NCBI GenBank assembly: GCA_902793005.1
Contig: CADBBQ010000002.1
Location: 131,243-195,242 of the forward strand
DNA: 64,000 nt
Reading direction: 5' to 3'
DNA from: an uncultured Pseudomonadota bacterium
GTDB lineage: Bacteria > Pseudomonadota > Alphaproteobacteria > Rs-D84
Shown: in pieces, positions 26,069 to 34,233 of the stretch
How the letters are laid out: every line of letters begins with the position of its first letter
Numbering within the stretch: the stretch's first letter is position 1
Made by a program: the position numbers and the translations under genes
Notes under the pieces: generated by a model
Database searches by the model: none
The model's input: only the letters and a program-made list of their open reading frames with translations
What the model was told of the DNA's origin: nothing

Positions 26069-28276
26069 ATGGAAGAAAAGTCTAGATTTTTGCCGGAAAA
26101 GTTGTCTGGTGCGTTAAAAAGCCTGGCCTGGCGGTTGTTGGGCGTGGTGATGTTTTTGTTTGGTGCGGTTGCAGTGTTGGCGGCCGTGTTTCATAATCCG
26201 TATTTAGACGGCTGGGCCGTTGCCAGTACATTTGGTAATCACGGAATAATTGGAAATTTTGTCGCGTTTATGCGATATGTGTTCGGGTTTATTCCGATGA
26301 TGTTTTTGTTTTTGTGCCTGATGCGTGGGGGAATTTATTTTATTGGTGGACGTGATGACGAGGCCACACCGGAATATAATATGCTGCGTGGATTTATTGC
26401 ATTGTGTTTGGGATGTATGGGGTTGGGAATGTTGGTGCCAAATGCATCGTATGGTGGAATGATGGGGGCAATTGTATCATCAGATGTTGGTGCGTTGATT
26501 GGTAATTGGCAAATTGCGTTCGGTGTTTTGGCGTTGGCGGGATTTGCGATAATGGCGGGAATATTGCTGAATATAAAATGGTCTTATGTTGTGCGTGTTG
26601 CAAAGTTGGTTTGGAAAACAATTCGGTGGGTGTTATCGGCGTTTCATATTTTGCCTGTGCGTGAAGATATAGAGGAAGAAGAGGCCGAAGAAGAGGAGGC
26701 CGAGGAAGAAGAGCCAGCACAAGAAGAAAAGCCAAAGAAAAAACGCACTGTGCGTCGTGTGGCGCGTGCCGATGACGCGGTTGTTGAATATGAATTGCCA
26801 GATCCGGCGTTTTTGGAAAAATCTGTGTTTGGTAAAAATATTGTGACGCCTGAATTAAAACGCAATGCCGAAGCGATGGAGGTACATTTTGCGCAATATA
26901 ATGTGCACGGAACCGTTACCGGTATTCGTCCTGGGCCGATTGTGACACTGTATGAATTTATGCCAGATGATGGAACAAAAATCGCCGATGTGACAAAAAC
27001 TGTCAAAGATATGACACGTGCCATGGCAACGGAAAATATTCGTATTGCCCATATTCCGTCAACGCAATTGATTGGTGTGGAAATGGTGAATTTAAAACGG
27101 CAAACTGTGCGGTTTCGTGGTTTGATTGAAAATGATATGTTTGTAAATTCACGATACAAAATTCCATTGGCGTTGGGTGTGGATATTGGTGGAAATCCAA
27201 TGTATTTTGATTTGGCAAAAATGCCACATATGCTGATTGCGGGACGCACGGGTTCGGGTAAATCTGTGTTCGTGCAAACGATTATCACATCAATTGTGTA
27301 TCATTTTACGCCGGATAAATGCAAACTGATTATTATTGACCCAAAAGGTGTTGATTTTGGATTCTGGGACGACATACCGCATTTGATTACGCCAATTGTA
27401 AAATTAGACCCGGCGGCGGCTGTAAATGCATTGAAATGGGCGGTGCGTGAAATGGAGGAACGTTATAAACAATTGCAAGTTGTGAACGCACGCAATATCG
27501 AAAGTTATAATGAAATTGTTGCGGCCAAGCGCGAGGCGGGTGAAAAAATTACTCAACAGGTTGCGGTTGGCACGGATGAAGAGACTGGTGAATTGCTGTT
27601 TGAAACCCAAGAGGTTGATTTGTCCGATATGCCGTATATCGTGATTATTATTGACGAGGTTGCGGATTTGATGTCTTTGGCGCGCAAGGAGGTCGAGGCG
27701 TGTGTCCAACGTATTGCACAAAAGGCACGTGCGGCGGGAATCCATTTGGTTATGGCAACACAGCGACCCGACGCCACAACAATCACCGGCGTTATCAAGG
27801 CGAATTTCCCAACACGTGTTTCGTTCCAAGCGCGCAGTGTGATTGATTCAATGACCACTTTGGGCGAAAAGGGCGCGGAACAATTGTTGGCAATGGGTGA
27901 TATGTTATTCAGCGAGGCGGGACGCGTTCCGGTTCGAATTCACGCGGCGTTTATTTCTGATGAAGAATTGACGCGTATTGGTGATTTCTTGCGTAATATG
28001 GCGGAACCAGAATATGCCACCGGTGTCACAGATGTTGCCGAAGAAGAGGGCGCATCCGTCGCGGCGCCGTCTGCGGCAGAAACCAAAGCCGCCAAGGATG
28101 GTGATTTATATACCCAGGCCAAAGAGATTGTTATTCGTGATAAAAAACCAACCATTTCATACATTCAGCGGCGTTTGGGTATTGGATACAACAAGGCCGC
28201 CGGTTTTATGGAACGTATGGAACAAGAAGGGGTTGTGAGTGCCCCTGACGCAAATAACAAACGCCATATTTTATAA
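26069..28276 (+). CDS. ftsK: DNA translocase FtsK
   Basis: N-terminal TM domain and an acidic linker (EEEEAEEEEAEEEEPAQEE). Motor domain HMLIAGRTGSGKSV and IIIDEVADLM. Gamma domain ISYIQRRLGIGYNKAAGFMERMEQEGVV. Confidence 0.96.
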   Translation: MEEKSRFLPEKLSGALKSLAWRLLGVVMFLFGAVAVLAAVFHNPYLDGWAVASTFGNHGIIGNFVAFMRYVFGFIPMMFLFLCLMRGGIYFIGGRDDEATPEYNMLRGFIALCLGCMGLGMLVPNASYGGMMGAIVSSDVGALIGNWQIAFGVLALAGFAIMAGILLNIKWSYVVRVAKLVWKTIRWVLSAFHILPVREDIEEEEAEEEEAEEEEPAQEEKPKKKRTVRRVARADDAVVEYELPDPAFLEKSVFGKNIVTPELKRNAEAMEVHFAQYNVHGTVTGIRPGPIVTLYEFMPDDGTKIADVTKTVKDMTRAMATENIRIAHIPSTQLIGVEMVNLKRQTVRFRGLIENDMFVNSRYKIPLALGVDIGGNPMYFDLAKMPHMLIAGRTGSGKSVFVQTIITSIVYHFTPDKCKLIIIDPKGVDFGFWDDIPHLITPIVKLDPAAAVNALKWAVREMEERYKQLQVVNARNIESYNEIVAAKREAGEKITQQVAVGTDEETGELLFETQEVDLSDMPYIVIIIDEVADLMSLARKEVEACVQRIAQKARAAGIHLVMATQRPDATTITGVIKANFPTRVSFQARSVIDSMTTLGEKGAEQLLAMGDMLFSEAGRVPVRIHAAFISDEELTRIGDFLRNMAEPEYATGVTDVAEEEGASVAAPSAAETKAAKDGDLYTQAKEIVIRDKKPTISYIQRRLGIGYNKAAGFMERMEQEGVVSAPDANNKRHIL

Positions 28277-28386
28277 AATAGTTATAATGGCATATCTGCT
28301 TGATTCCGGCTCGCTCATGTAGCCGCATGTACACTACGCTCGCTGGAATCGTCGCATCTATACCATTATAACTATTTTTTATAAAG
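28271..28386. repeat. REP-like palindromic element, copy E2
   Basis: Core GGCATATCTGCTTGATTCCGGCTCGCTCATGTAGCCGCATGTACACTACGCTCGCTGGAATCGTCGCATCTATACC. The flanks TTATAAAATAGTTATAATGG and CCATTATAACTATTTTTTATAA are inverted repeats, and the left one includes the ftsK stop codon. Confidence 0.85.
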
Positions 28387-28387
28387 T

Positions 28388-28474
28388 AGCGTATCTGCTT
28401 GTTTATGTACGTTTTGTACACTGCACTCGCAAACAACCGCGCATCTATACCGTTATAAAATATGTTTTTGTTTG
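28388..28474. repeat. REP-like palindromic element, copy E3 (divergent)
   Basis: AGCGTATCTGCTTG...TTTTGTACACTGCACTCG...CGCATCTATACC followed by the flank GTTATAAAATATGTTTTTGTTTG. Confidence 0.8.
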
Positions 28475-28478
28475 TTAC

Positions 28479-28577
28479 GGCATATCTGCTTGATTCCGGC
28501 TCGCTCATGTAGCCGCATGTACACTACGCTCGCTGGAATCGTCGCATCTATACCGTTATAAAATATGTTTTTGTTTG
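28479..28577. repeat. REP-like palindromic element, copy E4
   Basis: The 76-nt core is identical to E2. The right flank GTTATAAAATATGTTTTTGTTTG is identical to that of E3. Confidence 0.85.
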
Positions 28578-28632
28578 CTTGTGTGTCCACTGATGAAATT
28601 GTAATTTTGGGCTTTTATAGATTATTAAATTG

Positions 28633-28641
28633 TGGTATAAT
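28633..28641 (+). promoter_or_regulatory. extended -10 promoter TGgTATAAT
   Basis: It lies upstream of ATG 28666, with an AAAGGAG Shine-Dalgarno in between. Confidence 0.45.
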
Positions 28642-28665
28642 CCGGGTAGAAAAGGAGATTTTTAA

Positions 28666-29841
28666 ATGAAAAAAAATTTATTTGGTTTGTGTGCGGTTTT
28701 GGGTTGTGTCGTGGCGTTGGATGCGTCGGCGGCCGCATCGCGCAGTTCTATGTATTCCAGTATTGATATGCGTAACGCGGATGGTGATACAATCAGAATA
28801 AATCGCAGTTCGTATGATTCTTATTCAGATGGTGCGGGACATATGCGCCACAGTGCGTCGCGTTCGGGTATGTATGATAATATGAATTCGGGATATACGC
28901 GTTCGGAACCAATGATGGTTTCTAAAAAAACTTATGTGCCGGGTAAAACATATAAATCGGCAATGCGTAAATATTTTATCGCAAATCCGTTCTATCAACC
29001 ATTGCAAGGGCAATTCGGTTCGGTCACAACCGTTGAATATATGCAGGGTAAATATAAATTTGCCGATGTGAACAGAAAATTGTCTGAATGGTCTGTCAAA
29101 GAAGATTTAAGTTTCGGTTTGACTGACCGTATCGCAATCCAGGGTATGGCAAAATATAACTGGGATAAATTAACCTGGACAAATTCTACCGGCTATCAAG
29201 ATAAATACAAAAACGATGATTTGAATTTGTATGGTCTGGGTATCCAGGGTCGTATTGTTGATACAGATGAATGGATTTCAACTTTGTCGGCGTATTATGA
29301 ACATCAAAAACACGGCGTTGATTACTTTATCGGTGATTTAAAAGTAGGCTATAAGGTTGCCACATCCACCATTTATGGTTTGGGTCGTGCGTGGATTGTC
29401 GATATGGAAGGCGACATCTATGGCGATTATATGGAAGACGCAACAACTTGGGGAATGTTGAAATACGGCAATGCAGATAAAACATTGTTTATGGGCGAAT
29501 TGGGTGCCGGTGTTTGGACAGTATTGGCCGAAGATTGGACATTAAATGTCGAAGGGATGTATGGTTTTTATGACTGGCATAACCAAGCATCAATCAAAGG
29601 TGCGTTCGGTTGGCAACCAAATGATTGGTTTGCGTTGAACCTGTATGCGAAAACATCAATTTACGACAGTGCCAAGGGCAAAAATTTGGATTTGGTTGCA
29701 GGAAATTTGCCTTTGACGCAAGAAGAGTGGAATAGAGCATGGAATACACCGTTTGATCCTGTGAATGGTGGACATGGCGTTGTTGAAATTGCAAATCCAC
29801 GTGAATGGTCTGTTGGTTTACAGGCAATGTTCCAATTCTAA
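28666..29841 (+). CDS. outer-membrane beta-barrel protein (porin-like)
   Basis: Signal peptide MKKNLFGLCAVLGCVVALDASA, alternating aromatic/Gly beta-strand pattern, and a C-terminal ...GLQAMFQF. Confidence 0.65.
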   Translation: MKKNLFGLCAVLGCVVALDASAAASRSSMYSSIDMRNADGDTIRINRSSYDSYSDGAGHMRHSASRSGMYDNMNSGYTRSEPMMVSKKTYVPGKTYKSAMRKYFIANPFYQPLQGQFGSVTTVEYMQGKYKFADVNRKLSEWSVKEDLSFGLTDRIAIQGMAKYNWDKLTWTNSTGYQDKYKNDDLNLYGLGIQGRIVDTDEWISTLSAYYEHQKHGVDYFIGDLKVGYKVATSTIYGLGRAWIVDMEGDIYGDYMEDATTWGMLKYGNADKTLFMGELGAGVWTVLAEDWTLNVEGMYGFYDWHNQASIKGAFGWQPNDWFALNLYAKTSIYDSAKGKNLDLVAGNLPLTQEEWNRAWNTPFDPVNGGHGVVEIANPREWSVGLQAMFQF

Positions 29842-29865
29842 TTTCGGATGCGCTGGGGTTGTGGT

Positions 29866-30597
29866 ATGAAAAAAATACTGGGGTATTTGTTTGGCGCGGT
29901 GTTGATGTGCGGTTCGACGGCATACGCGGATGCGGTTGAAATGTTGTCGACGGATACATCGGATCCGTTGTATATGCTGGAAACCGAGCATTTGTTGTCA
30001 ACGACCGATGTGACATATGGAAATGATTTGTTGCGTTTGGGACAATCGTTTTCGTATGGTCTGAATAATCGATTGATGGCAAATGCAAATGTGCATTATC
30101 AATTTGATTTTGTGCGTGCACGCAAAGAACGCGGTTTTTCCAGTATTGAATTGGGTGGTGTTTATCGTGCGGGGGTGCCAGATGATAATTCGGCGCGTGT
30201 ATCAACGGATGTTTTGTTCGGTGCACGGTTTGCCGGAAATCGTCACGTGCGTGAGCCTGATTTTGCAAAGTCCAGTTATTTTGCAGGTCTGCGCGTTGGA
30301 CGCCAATGGATGGGTGTGAGTTTATCGGGTACGGTAAAATCAACCTGGGTGTTTGATGATGCGCGCGGTATGTCGTATATTGATTTTATGCCTGATGCGT
30401 ATTTTCGTTTGATTGATGATTGGCGTATTGGTGCGGGGGCGATTTTCCGTTTGGCGACAAATCCGGATTTTGACCGTGAATGGTTGCGTTTTCGTTTGGT
30501 GCGTCAATTTGGTCGAACACAATATGGCGCAACATATTCGTATGAATATGAAAAATCAGAATCAACCGTTGGGTTATATTTAAATATTCTGTTTTAA
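29866..30597 (+). CDS. outer-membrane beta-barrel protein
   Basis: The start is taken at MKKILGYLFGAVLMCGSTAYA. The C-terminus is ...VGLYLNILF. Confidence 0.6.
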   Translation: MKKILGYLFGAVLMCGSTAYADAVEMLSTDTSDPLYMLETEHLLSTTDVTYGNDLLRLGQSFSYGLNNRLMANANVHYQFDFVRARKERGFSSIELGGVYRAGVPDDNSARVSTDVLFGARFAGNRHVREPDFAKSSYFAGLRVGRQWMGVSLSGTVKSTWVFDDARGMSYIDFMPDAYFRLIDDWRIGAGAIFRLATNPDFDREWLRFRLVRQFGRTQYGATYSYEYEKSESTVGLYLNILF

Positions 30598-30630
30598 ATA
30601 AAAAGTGCCAAATGGCACTTTTTATTTTTT
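30598..30630. terminator. bidirectional rho-independent terminator
   Basis: AAAAAGTGCCAAATGGCACTTTTTATTTTTT lies between convergent genes. Confidence 0.75.
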
Positions 30631-31899
30631 ATTTAATTTTTCACGCAAACCATCCCAATAATCAATGCGCTTTTTTATTTCGCGTTCAAATCCGCGTTCG
30701 ACGGGCGTATAAAAACGCGTGCGCGACATTTTTTCAGGAAAACAATTTTGTCCGGAAAATCCCAATGCGGTATCGGGCTCGTATATGTATCCCGCGCCAT
30801 ACCCCATATTTTTCATCATTTTTGTTGGTGCGTTTAATATGTTTTTTGGTGGGGGCAGGCTGCCCGTGTCGCGTGCGGATTTGTATGATGCCATAATTGC
30901 GCGGTCGCACGCGTTGCTTTTTGGGGCGGTGCCCAGATACACAACCAATTCGGTTAATGCAATGTCGCCCTCGGGACTGCCCAATCGTTCATAGGCAGAC
31001 CACGCAGAAATCGCGACGGATAGCGCGTTCGGGTCCGCCAGGCCCACATCTTCCATTGCGAAACGTGTAAGGCGACGGAAAATGTATTTTGCATCCTGGC
31101 CCGATGTCATCATACGGGCAACCCAGTATAATGCCGCGTCGGTGTCGGATGCGCGCAATGATTTATGCACCGCGGATATTAAATTATAATGTTCGTCGCC
31201 GGTTTTGTCGGATAACGGCGGGCGCTTTTGTATTGCGTTATCCAATGCGTCGTTGTCCAAATCTTTTTTGAAATTTGCGTTGCTGATGTATTCAATGGTG
31301 TTTAATAAAAATCGGGCATCGCCATCCGCCATTTGTGCCAGGTGGATTTTAGCCTCTCGGGTTAACGGTAATTTTTTACCCAAGAATTTTTCCGCGCGTT
31401 CGATTAAAACCATTAAATCGTCTGTCCCCAGTGCCGTCAATACCCCAATATGGCAACGCGACAGCAACGCGTTGTTTAAATTAAAACTGGGGTTTTCGGT
31501 GGTGGCGCCGATGAATACGACGGTTCCATCTTCCAGGTATGGTAATAATGTATCTTGTTGTGTTTTATTAAATCGATGAATTTCGTCGATGAATAATAAT
31601 GTGCCACGGCCGATATCGCGATTCATACGCGCGGCGTCCATTGCCTTTTTTATGTCAGATGACCCAGAAAACACCGCAGACATCGGGACAAAATCCATAT
31701 CAACCGAATTTGCCAATGCGCGGGCGATTGTTGTTTTACCGCATCCCGGTGGCCCCCATAATATTATGTTTGATAATTTATGGTTGTCCACCATACGGCG
31801 TATTAATCCGTTTTCGCCAAGCAGATTTGTTTGGCCAACGACATCGTCAATGGTGTCGGGACGCATTTGATCGGCAAGAGGCCTGGATTCATTTTTCAT
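30622..31899 (-). CDS. rarA: replication-associated recombination protein A (AAA+ ATPase)
   Basis: LWGPPGCGKTTIARA, LFIDEIHRFNKTQQD and the MgsA C-terminal domain HYNLISAVHKSLRASDTDAALYW. Confidence 0.95.
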   Translation of the reverse strand: MKNESRPLADQMRPDTIDDVVGQTNLLGENGLIRRMVDNHKLSNIILWGPPGCGKTTIARALANSVDMDFVPMSAVFSGSSDIKKAMDAARMNRDIGRGTLLFIDEIHRFNKTQQDTLLPYLEDGTVVFIGATTENPSFNLNNALLSRCHIGVLTALGTDDLMVLIERAEKFLGKKLPLTREAKIHLAQMADGDARFLLNTIEYISNANFKKDLDNDALDNAIQKRPPLSDKTGDEHYNLISAVHKSLRASDTDAALYWVARMMTSGQDAKYIFRRLTRFAMEDVGLADPNALSVAISAWSAYERLGSPEGDIALTELVVYLGTAPKSNACDRAIMASYKSARDTGSLPPPKNILNAPTKMMKNMGYGAGYIYEPDTALGFSGQNCFPEKMSRTRFYTPVERGFEREIKKRIDYWDGLREKLNKK

Positions 31900-31936
31900 T
31901 GTTTGTTTTACTTTAATTTTACTTGTTGTTTATTTG

Positions 31937-31945
31937 TGGTATAAT
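31937..31945 (+). promoter_or_regulatory. extended -10 promoter TGgTATAAT
   Basis: It lies 28 nt upstream of ATG 31973. Confidence 0.45.
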
Positions 31946-31972
31946 TGTAGTAAATAAAAGGTTTTTTGGCAA

Positions 31973-32338
31973 ATGGTAAATAATATAAAAAATAGTGATG
32001 ATTTTACGCTGGCGGTGGCAAATTTGGCTGCGGCCGCAATGGCGAATAATCCGGAATTATCAATGATTGATGCGGTAAATGCGGCGCGAGAAACGCTGCG
32101 TGGGGCGCGCGTGTCGCCACAACAAATTGCGGATTCTGTGCGGCCGGATAAAATTCAATGCCTGGAAGATGGGACTTGGCATATTATGTTGCGGCGGTAT
32201 ATCAAACGGCGTTTTAATATGACGCCGGCACAATATCGTGCAAAATGGAATTTGCCTGATGATTATCCGTTTGTTGCACCAAACTATTCGCGTGCGCGTT
32301 CTAAAATCGCAAAAAAAACAGGCCTGGGGCATAAATAA
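31973..32338 (+). CDS. mucR: MucR/Ros family transcriptional regulator
   Basis: PDKIQCLEDGTWHIMLRRYIKRRFNMTPAQYRAKWNLPDDYPFVAPNYSRARSKIAKKTGLG is the Ros/MucR zinc-finger DNA-binding region. Confidence 0.9.
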   Translation: MVNNIKNSDDFTLAVANLAAAAMANNPELSMIDAVNAARETLRGARVSPQQIADSVRPDKIQCLEDGTWHIMLRRYIKRRFNMTPAQYRAKWNLPDDYPFVAPNYSRARSKIAKKTGLGHK

Positions 32339-32348
32339 AGGATTTGTT

Positions 32349-34217
32349 ATGACAGATAAATATCGCAAAGCGGTGAAAAAACCAATACAGGCGCTGCATA
32401 AAAAAATAAAGCAGGTGGCCGGTATGGACGCACCAACGAAACCTAAAAAGATTTTAAAGGGTTCGGCGTTGGTCGGTATGGGATTGGTTGAATTTATGAT
32501 GCAAATTGGACGCGTTGTTGCGTTGGATAATAAATTGATGCGGCGATTAGAAAAAAAATTGTCTGAAATCCAGGTCGGCAAAGACAAAGATGGAAATGAA
32601 AAAAAATTTCAATCTTTTGTTAAACGAAATCCGAATATGTCGGCTGTGGCAATTTGGTGGGCAATGTTAGGGATGCTGATTGGTGGTGGGTCGGCGATTG
32701 TGAATAATAAAAAGTCAGATAAAAAAAATATCAATACAGAATTTGTTTTGTCTGATGATGAGATAGATGAAGAATTTGTTGCTGGAACATATGGTGCGTA
32801 TTTCGATAATATCCGGACAATAACACCGTTTTTGATTGCGGATTTAATTGCCAAAGAAGGTGTGCATACGGATAAAAATGGGATGCACGTGCCGTATCTG
32901 GATTCCAGAGGTGTTTGGACAATCGGATTTGGTTCAACGATGTTAAAAGATGGGCGCAGGGTTTCACAAAATACGCATCCAATAACAAATGAAGAGGCAT
33001 ACGAATTAGCGCGTTGGCATTTGGAAGAGGGCGAAACATATTTTTGTATGTATTGTTATGATGTCGCGTACAGTACGATTGGTATTAATGATGTTGGTCA
33101 GGCGTTTGCTATTGGTTCAATTATATACAATTCATATACTAAATTGATAGAAAACCCGGATAGTAAAAATTGCAAAGAACGTTTTGCAATCCTGCGCCAG
33201 TTGTATAAAGAATACGGTCGTGCAGTAACAGATGAAATGGTTATCAATGTTTTTAACAAATATCCTGTAAATGATATGACCAGTTTTGGTGCAGTGTGGT
33301 TGGGGGGCTCTGACAAATCCGAGGTTGCCGATAGATTAGGCGGATTTTTGGCGGGTGGACGTGGTCTGTATTGGCGCAGATGGTTAGAGGCCGGGTTGTT
33401 GACCGGGGATGTGACGCCCCAAATGTTATTAGATTGTCCGATAAATGGTGTGTATGATTTCTTTAAATGTATGGGGCAAGAAAAAAGTGCGTTTTTTATC
33501 AAAGATAAATATGGCAATATGCGTGTTAATCGTGATACGTACGATAAATTTCGTGATTGGTTGAAAAATCCTGTGAGTGATGACGGGGCGTCTTTGGCGG
33601 GTTGGGCGTGTGTGCGTGATTATATGCCGCCTGTGGCGTTAGAGGCCTGTGATGGCAAGGTATGTGAATTGGGGGCTAAGGCGTCTAAAAAACAAATTGC
33701 TCGTCAAAAGAAGGTTGCGCGTGGTGTCTATGTGTTGAATTACACAATGGCATACGGGGCTGCGGTTGCAGCATATAATTCTGGGGATTACGAATCGGCG
33801 GCAAAACAATTTGAAGCATTGGTTGCGCAAAACCCGGACAATGCTTTGTTGTATAATGATTTGGCGGCGACATACAATCGGCTGGGGCGGTATGATGATG
33901 CAATTTTACAGGCACAAAAAATTGTGCGTGATATTGGTGATAAAAGTCAATATGCCGCGGCGCAATATAATGCCGGTTTCGCATACGAACACAAAGGTGA
34001 TTTGACACGTGCGTTGACAAATTATAAATTGTCTGTGGCAAATGGAAATAAACGCGTTGCTCAGGATGTTAATCGTGTGGCAAATATATTAAATAAACAA
34101 AAAAAATTACACGCGGCTGTGTTTAATGATGCGGCTGCGCATATTAATAGTAAAAATAAAAAATCTGATTTGAAAAATATTGCTCGTTTAGATGTGGCAA
34201 CCAAAGATTATGCATAG
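32349..34217 (+). CDS. membrane-anchored GH24 lysozyme-like protein with C-terminal TPR repeats
   Basis: ATG 32349 follows AAAGGA. TM segment AVAIWWAMLGMLIGGGSAIV. LIAKEGVHTDKNGMHVPYLDSRGVWTIGFGST fits the T4-lysozyme pattern EG...Y.D..G..TIG.G. The C-terminus carries TPR-like YESAAKQFEALVAQNPDNALLYNDLAATYNRLGRYDDA. Confidence 0.6.
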   Translation: MTDKYRKAVKKPIQALHKKIKQVAGMDAPTKPKKILKGSALVGMGLVEFMMQIGRVVALDNKLMRRLEKKLSEIQVGKDKDGNEKKFQSFVKRNPNMSAVAIWWAMLGMLIGGGSAIVNNKKSDKKNINTEFVLSDDEIDEEFVAGTYGAYFDNIRTITPFLIADLIAKEGVHTDKNGMHVPYLDSRGVWTIGFGSTMLKDGRRVSQNTHPITNEEAYELARWHLEEGETYFCMYCYDVAYSTIGINDVGQAFAIGSIIYNSYTKLIENPDSKNCKERFAILRQLYKEYGRAVTDEMVINVFNKYPVNDMTSFGAVWLGGSDKSEVADRLGGFLAGGRGLYWRRWLEAGLLTGDVTPQMLLDCPINGVYDFFKCMGQEKSAFFIKDKYGNMRVNRDTYDKFRDWLKNPVSDDGASLAGWACVRDYMPPVALEACDGKVCELGAKASKKQIARQKKVARGVYVLNYTMAYGAAVAAYNSGDYESAAKQFEALVAQNPDNALLYNDLAATYNRLGRYDDAILQAQKIVRDIGDKSQYAAAQYNAGFAYEHKGDLTRALTNYKLSVANGNKRVAQDVNRVANILNKQKKLHAAVFNDAAAHINSKNKKSDLKNIARLDVATKDYA

Positions 34218-34233
34218 AATAGGGTGTATAAAT

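Noticed and set aside
26672-26715. GAAGAAGAGG-type tandem repeat as a regulatory or slippage element
   Set aside because: It lies in frame within the ftsK linker and encodes the acidic EEEEAEEEEAEEEE tract. Variable acidic or Pro-rich linkers are normal for FtsK.
28277-28577. Possible CRISPR array after ftsK
   Set aside because: The units are 75-100-nt imperfect palindromes lying back to back, without unique spacers. There are only three copies, no cas genes, and the same core is dispersed elsewhere. The array is REP/MITE-like, not CRISPR.
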